Part shown: positions 5,729 through 8,413 of the stretch, piece by piece | How the letters are laid out: every line of letters starts with the position of its first letter | Position numbering within the stretch: the stretch's first letter is position 1 | Virus record (IMG/VR): IMGVR_UViG_2698536535_000007 | Coordinates: 1-8,413 of that record | DNA: 8,413 bases | DNA from: a virus | Taxonomy: Duplodnaviria; Heunggongvirae; Uroviricota; Caudoviricetes | Direction: 5' to 3' (one strand) | The notes under the pieces: generated by a model | Told to the model about the DNA's origin: nothing | The model's database searches: none | Seen by the model: the letters and a program-made list of their open reading frames with translations, nothing else | Position numbers and translations under genes: made by a program

Positions 5729-5947
5729 ATGTACTTGACACTTCAGGAGTGGAACGCACGCCAGCGACGCCCAAGAAGCCTTGAAACAGTTCGTCGATGG
5801 GTACGCGAGTGCAGGATATTCCCTCCTCCGGTTAAGGATGGAAGAGAGTATCTGTTCCACGAATCAGCGGTAAAGGTTGACTTAAATCGACCAGTAACAG
5901 GTAGCCTTTTGAAGAGGATCAAAAATGGGAAGAAGGCGAAGTCATGA
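5729..5947 (+). CDS. xis: Excisionase Xis, 72 aa
   Basis: Product MYLTLQEWNARQRRPRSLETVRRWVRECRIFPPPVKDGREYLFHESAVKVDLNRP... matches lambda Xis as I recall it. Track ORF 5639..5947 is an in-frame 5' extension across the terminator and pI site and is rejected. Confidence 0.93.
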   Translation: MYLTLQEWNARQRRPRSLETVRRWVRECRIFPPPVKDGREYLFHESAVKVDLNRPVTGSLLKRIKNGKKAKS

Positions 5948-6995
5948 GCGCCGGGATTTACCCCCTAATCTTTATATAAGAAACAATGGATATTACTGCT
6001 ACAGGGACCCAAGGACGGGTAAAGAGTTTGGATTAGGCCGAGACAGGAGGATAGCAATCACTGAAGCTATACAGGCCAACATTGAGTTATTTTCAGGACA
6101 CAAGCACAAGCCTCTGACAGCGAGAATCAACAGTGATAATTCTGTTACGTTACATTCATGGCTTGATCGCTACGAAAAAATCCTGGCCAGCAGAGGAATC
6201 AAGCAGAAGACACTCATAAATTACATGAGCAAAATTAAAGCAATAAGGAGGGGTCTGCCTGATGCTCCACTTGAAGACATCACCACAAAAGAAATTGCGG
6301 CAATGCTCAATGGATACATAGACGAGGGCAAGGCGGCGTCAGCCAAGTTAATCAGATCAACACTGAGCGATGCATTCCGAGAGGCAATAGCTGAAGGCCA
6401 TATAACAACAAACCCGGTCGCTGCCACTCGCGCAGCAAAATCAGAGGTAAGGAGATCAAGACTTACGGCTGACGAATACCTGAAAATTTATCAAGCAGCA
6501 GAATCATCACCATGTTGGCTCAGACTTGCAATGGAACTGGCTGTTGTTACCGGGCAGCGAGTTGGTGATTTATGCGAAATGAAGTGGTCTGATATCGTAG
6601 ATGGGTATCTTTATGTCGAGCAAAGCAAAACAGGCGTAAAAATTGCCATCCCTACAACATTGCATGTTGATGCTCTCGGGATATCAATGAAGGAAACACT
6701 TGATAAATGCAAAGAGATTCTTGGCGGAGAAACCATAATTGCATCTACTCGTCGTGAACCGCTTTCATCCGGCACAGTATCAAGGTATTTTATGCGCGCA
6801 CGAAAAGCATCAGGTCTTTCCTTCGAAGGGGATCCGCCTACCTTTCACGAGTTGCGCAGTTTGTCTGCAAGACTCTATGAGAAGCAGATAAGCGATAAGT
6901 TTGCTCAACATCTTCTCGGGCATAAGTCGGACACCATGGCATCACAGTATCGTGATGACAGAGGCAGGGAGTGGGACAAAATTGAAATCAAATAA
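5925..6995 (+). CDS. int: Tyrosine site-specific integrase Int (lambda-type), 356 aa
   Basis: Product MGRRRSHERRDLPPNLYIRNNGYYCYRDPRTGKEFGLGRDRR... is near-identical to lambda Int as I recall it. Catalytic R (VTGQRVGD), H-x-x-R (HELRSLSARLY) and H...Y (LLGHKSDTMASQY) are present. SD GAGGA (5914..5918). Start overlaps the xis end by 23 nt, as in lambda. Confidence 0.96.
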   Translation: MGRRRSHERRDLPPNLYIRNNGYYCYRDPRTGKEFGLGRDRRIAITEAIQANIELFSGHKHKPLTARINSDNSVTLHSWLDRYEKILASRGIKQKTLINYMSKIKAIRRGLPDAPLEDITTKEIAAMLNGYIDEGKAASAKLIRSTLSDAFREAIAEGHITTNPVAATRAAKSEVRRSRLTADEYLKIYQAAESSPCWLRLAMELAVVTGQRVGDLCEMKWSDIVDGYLYVEQSKTGVKIAIPTTLHVDALGISMKETLDKCKEILGGETIIASTRREPLSSGTVSRYFMRARKASGLSFEGDPPTFHELRSLSARLYEKQISDKFAQHLLGHKSDTMASQYRDDRGREWDKIEIK

Positions 6996-7083
6996 TGATT
7001 TTATTTTGACTGATAGTGACCTGTTCGTTGCAACAAATTGATAAGCAATGCTTTTTTATAATGCCAACTTAGTATAAAAAAGC
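6996..7083. other. attL: lambda attP P' arm (Int arm-type and IHF sites) plus 15-bp core
   Basis: The region is the reverse complement of the lambda attP P' arm and core (GCTTTTTTATACTAAGTTGGCATTATAAAAAAGCATTGCTTATCAATTTGTTGCAACGAACAGGTCACTATCAGTCAAAATAAAATCATTATTTG). Core TTAGTATAAAAAAGC is at 7069..7083. Flanking host bases (AGGC...) match the attB B arm. Confidence 0.88.
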
Positions 7084-7129
7084 AGGCTTCAACGGATTCA
7101 TTTTTCTATTTCATAGCCCGGAGCAACCT

Positions 7130-8413
7130 GTGAACACATTTTCAGTTTCCCGTCTGGCGCTGGCATTGGCTTTTGGCGTGACGCTGACCGCCTGTAGCTC
7201 AACCCCGCCCGATCAACGTCCTTCTGATCAAACCGCGCCTGGTACCTCTTCTCGCCCGATTCTGTCGGCAAAAGAAGCGCAGAATTTCGATGCTCAACAC
7301 TATTTTGCATCCCTGACACCAGGTGCTGCAGCGTGGAATCCTTCCCCGATTACCCTGCCTGCGCAACCTGACTTTGTTGTCGGCCCGGCGGGCACTCAAG
7401 GTGTAACGCATACCACGATTCAGGCGGCGGTAGATGCGGCAATTATCAAGCGTACCAACAAGCGCCAGTATATTGCCGTGATGCCTGGTGAGTATCAGGG
7501 AACGGTATATGTCCCTGCCGCTCCGGGTGGAATTACTCTGTACGGTACAGGTGAAAAACCGATTGATGTGAAGATTGGGCTTTCCCTTGATGGTGGCATG
7601 AGCCCTGCCGACTGGCGTCACGACGTCAACCCGCGCGGCAAATATATGCCAGGTAAACCAGCGTGGTATATGTACGATAGCTGCCAGAGCAAACGCAGCG
7701 ACAGTATCGGTGTTCTCTGCTCTGCGGTCTTCTGGTCACAAAACAATGGCCTGCAACTGCAAAATCTGACCATCGAAAACACGCTGGGCGATAGCGTAGA
7801 TGCAGGTAACCATCCGGCGGTGGCACTGCGTACTGATGGTGACCAGGTACAGATTAACAACGTTAACATTCTCGGTCGTCAGAACACCTTCTTTGTCACC
7901 AACAGCGGTGTGCAGAACCGTCTGGAAACGAATCGTCAGCCGCGTACGCTGGTGACCAACAGCTACATTGAAGGGGATGTGGATATCGTTTCTGGTCGCG
8001 GCGCAGTGGTGTTCGATAACACCGAATTCCGCGTGGTGAACTCACGTACTCAGCAAGAAGCGTATGTGTTTGCACCGGCTACGCTGTCCAACATTTACTA
8101 CGGTTTCCTCGCCGTAAACAGCCGTTTCAATGCTTTCGGTGATGGTGTGGCGCAACTGGGCCGCTCGCTGGATGTTGATGCCAATACCAACGGTCAGGTG
8201 GTGATCCGTGATAGCGCCATCAACGAAGGTTTTAACACGGCTAAACCGTGGGCCGATGCGGTGATCTCTAATCGTCCGTTTGCGGGTAATACCGGCAGCG
8301 TAGATGATAACGACGAAATACAGCGCAATCTGAATGACACTAACTACAACCGCATGTGGGAATACAATAACCGCGGCGTGGGTAGTAAAGTGGTTGCAGA
8401 GGCGAAGAAGTAA
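7130..8413 (+). CDS. ybhC: Host lipoprotein YbhC (pectin methylesterase-family fold), complete, 427 aa
   Basis: GTG start with SD GGAG (7120..7123). Lipoprotein signal MNTFSVSRLALALAFGVTLTAC with lipobox LTAC. Recognised as E. coli ybhC, the gene flanking attB-lambda on the gal side. Stop TAA is the last codon of the window. Confidence 0.9.
   Translation: MNTFSVSRLALALAFGVTLTACSSTPPDQRPSDQTAPGTSSRPILSAKEAQNFDAQHYFASLTPGAAAWNPSPITLPAQPDFVVGPAGTQGVTHTTIQAAVDAAIIKRTNKRQYIAVMPGEYQGTVYVPAAPGGITLYGTGEKPIDVKIGLSLDGGMSPADWRHDVNPRGKYMPGKPAWYMYDSCQSKRSDSIGVLCSAVFWSQNNGLQLQNLTIENTLGDSVDAGNHPAVALRTDGDQVQINNVNILGRQNTFFVTNSGVQNRLETNRQPRTLVTNSYIEGDVDIVSGRGAVVFDNTEFRVVNSRTQQEAYVFAPATLSNIYYGFLAVNSRFNAFGDGVAQLGRSLDVDANTNGQVVIRDSAINEGFNTAKPWADAVISNRPFAGNTGSVDDNDEIQRNLNDTNYNRMWEYNNRGVGSKVVAEAKK

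Larger units (their letters stand above)
1..7083. mobile_element. Left end of a lambda-like (lambdoid) prophage, from early-left operon genes through xis-int to attL
   Basis: Contiguous + strand phage genes (CIII-like, Kil-like, Erf, SSB, Ea22-like, Xis, Int) ending in a lambda attP P' arm and 15-bp core that abut host ybhC. Phage extends beyond the window's left edge. Confidence 0.85.

Noticed and set aside
1-7083. That this is phage lambda itself
   Set aside because: Int/xis/attP are lambda-like, but the recombination module is Erf/SSB rather than exo/bet/gam and the accessory genes differ from lambda's gene set as I recall it, so this is a mosaic lambdoid prophage.
6996-7129. Expected lambda sib/tI retroregulation structure downstream of int
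   Set aside because: In the integrated state attL separates int from the b-region side of attP, and the sequence after the core is host DNA. A T-rich core with a 4-bp stem (AGCA/TGCT near 7041..7056) is too weak to call a terminator.
1-8413. CRISPR arrays, tRNA/tmRNA genes, IS elements, Chi sites (GCTGGTGG)
   Set aside because: No regularly spaced direct repeats, cloverleaf-compatible segments or terminal inverted repeats were seen, and I found no exact Chi octamer on either strand by eye. A computational scan would be needed to be definitive.

Overview
This window is the left (int-proximal) end of a lambda-like prophage sitting at the canonical lambda attachment site next to the host gene ybhC. 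Every supported gene is on the + strand, so the window is the reverse complement of the standard lambda map and reads in the direction of the early-left (pL) operon. Order of genes: a small membrane protein (1..423), two small unknowns, CIII-like and Kil-like ORFs, an Erf recombinase with an SSB carrying the canonical acidic tail, then about 3 kb of small accessory genes (Ea22-like, DUF551-like, ASCH-like, an AT-rich moron-like unit with its own promoter-like element and terminator, a Cys/His-rich ORF), then the cII-dependent pI site, xis and int. The prophage ends at attL (core 7069..7083), and ybhC (GTG start at 7130) follows intact. The module is a mosaic: int/xis/attP are lambda-type, while the recombination genes are Erf/SSB-type rather than exo/bet/gam. 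I found no tRNA, rRNA, CRISPR array or IS element. All family calls rest on recalled sequences and motifs, not database searches. The best candidates for undescribed function are the translationally coupled DUF551/ASCH pair, the moron ORF, and the leading membrane protein.
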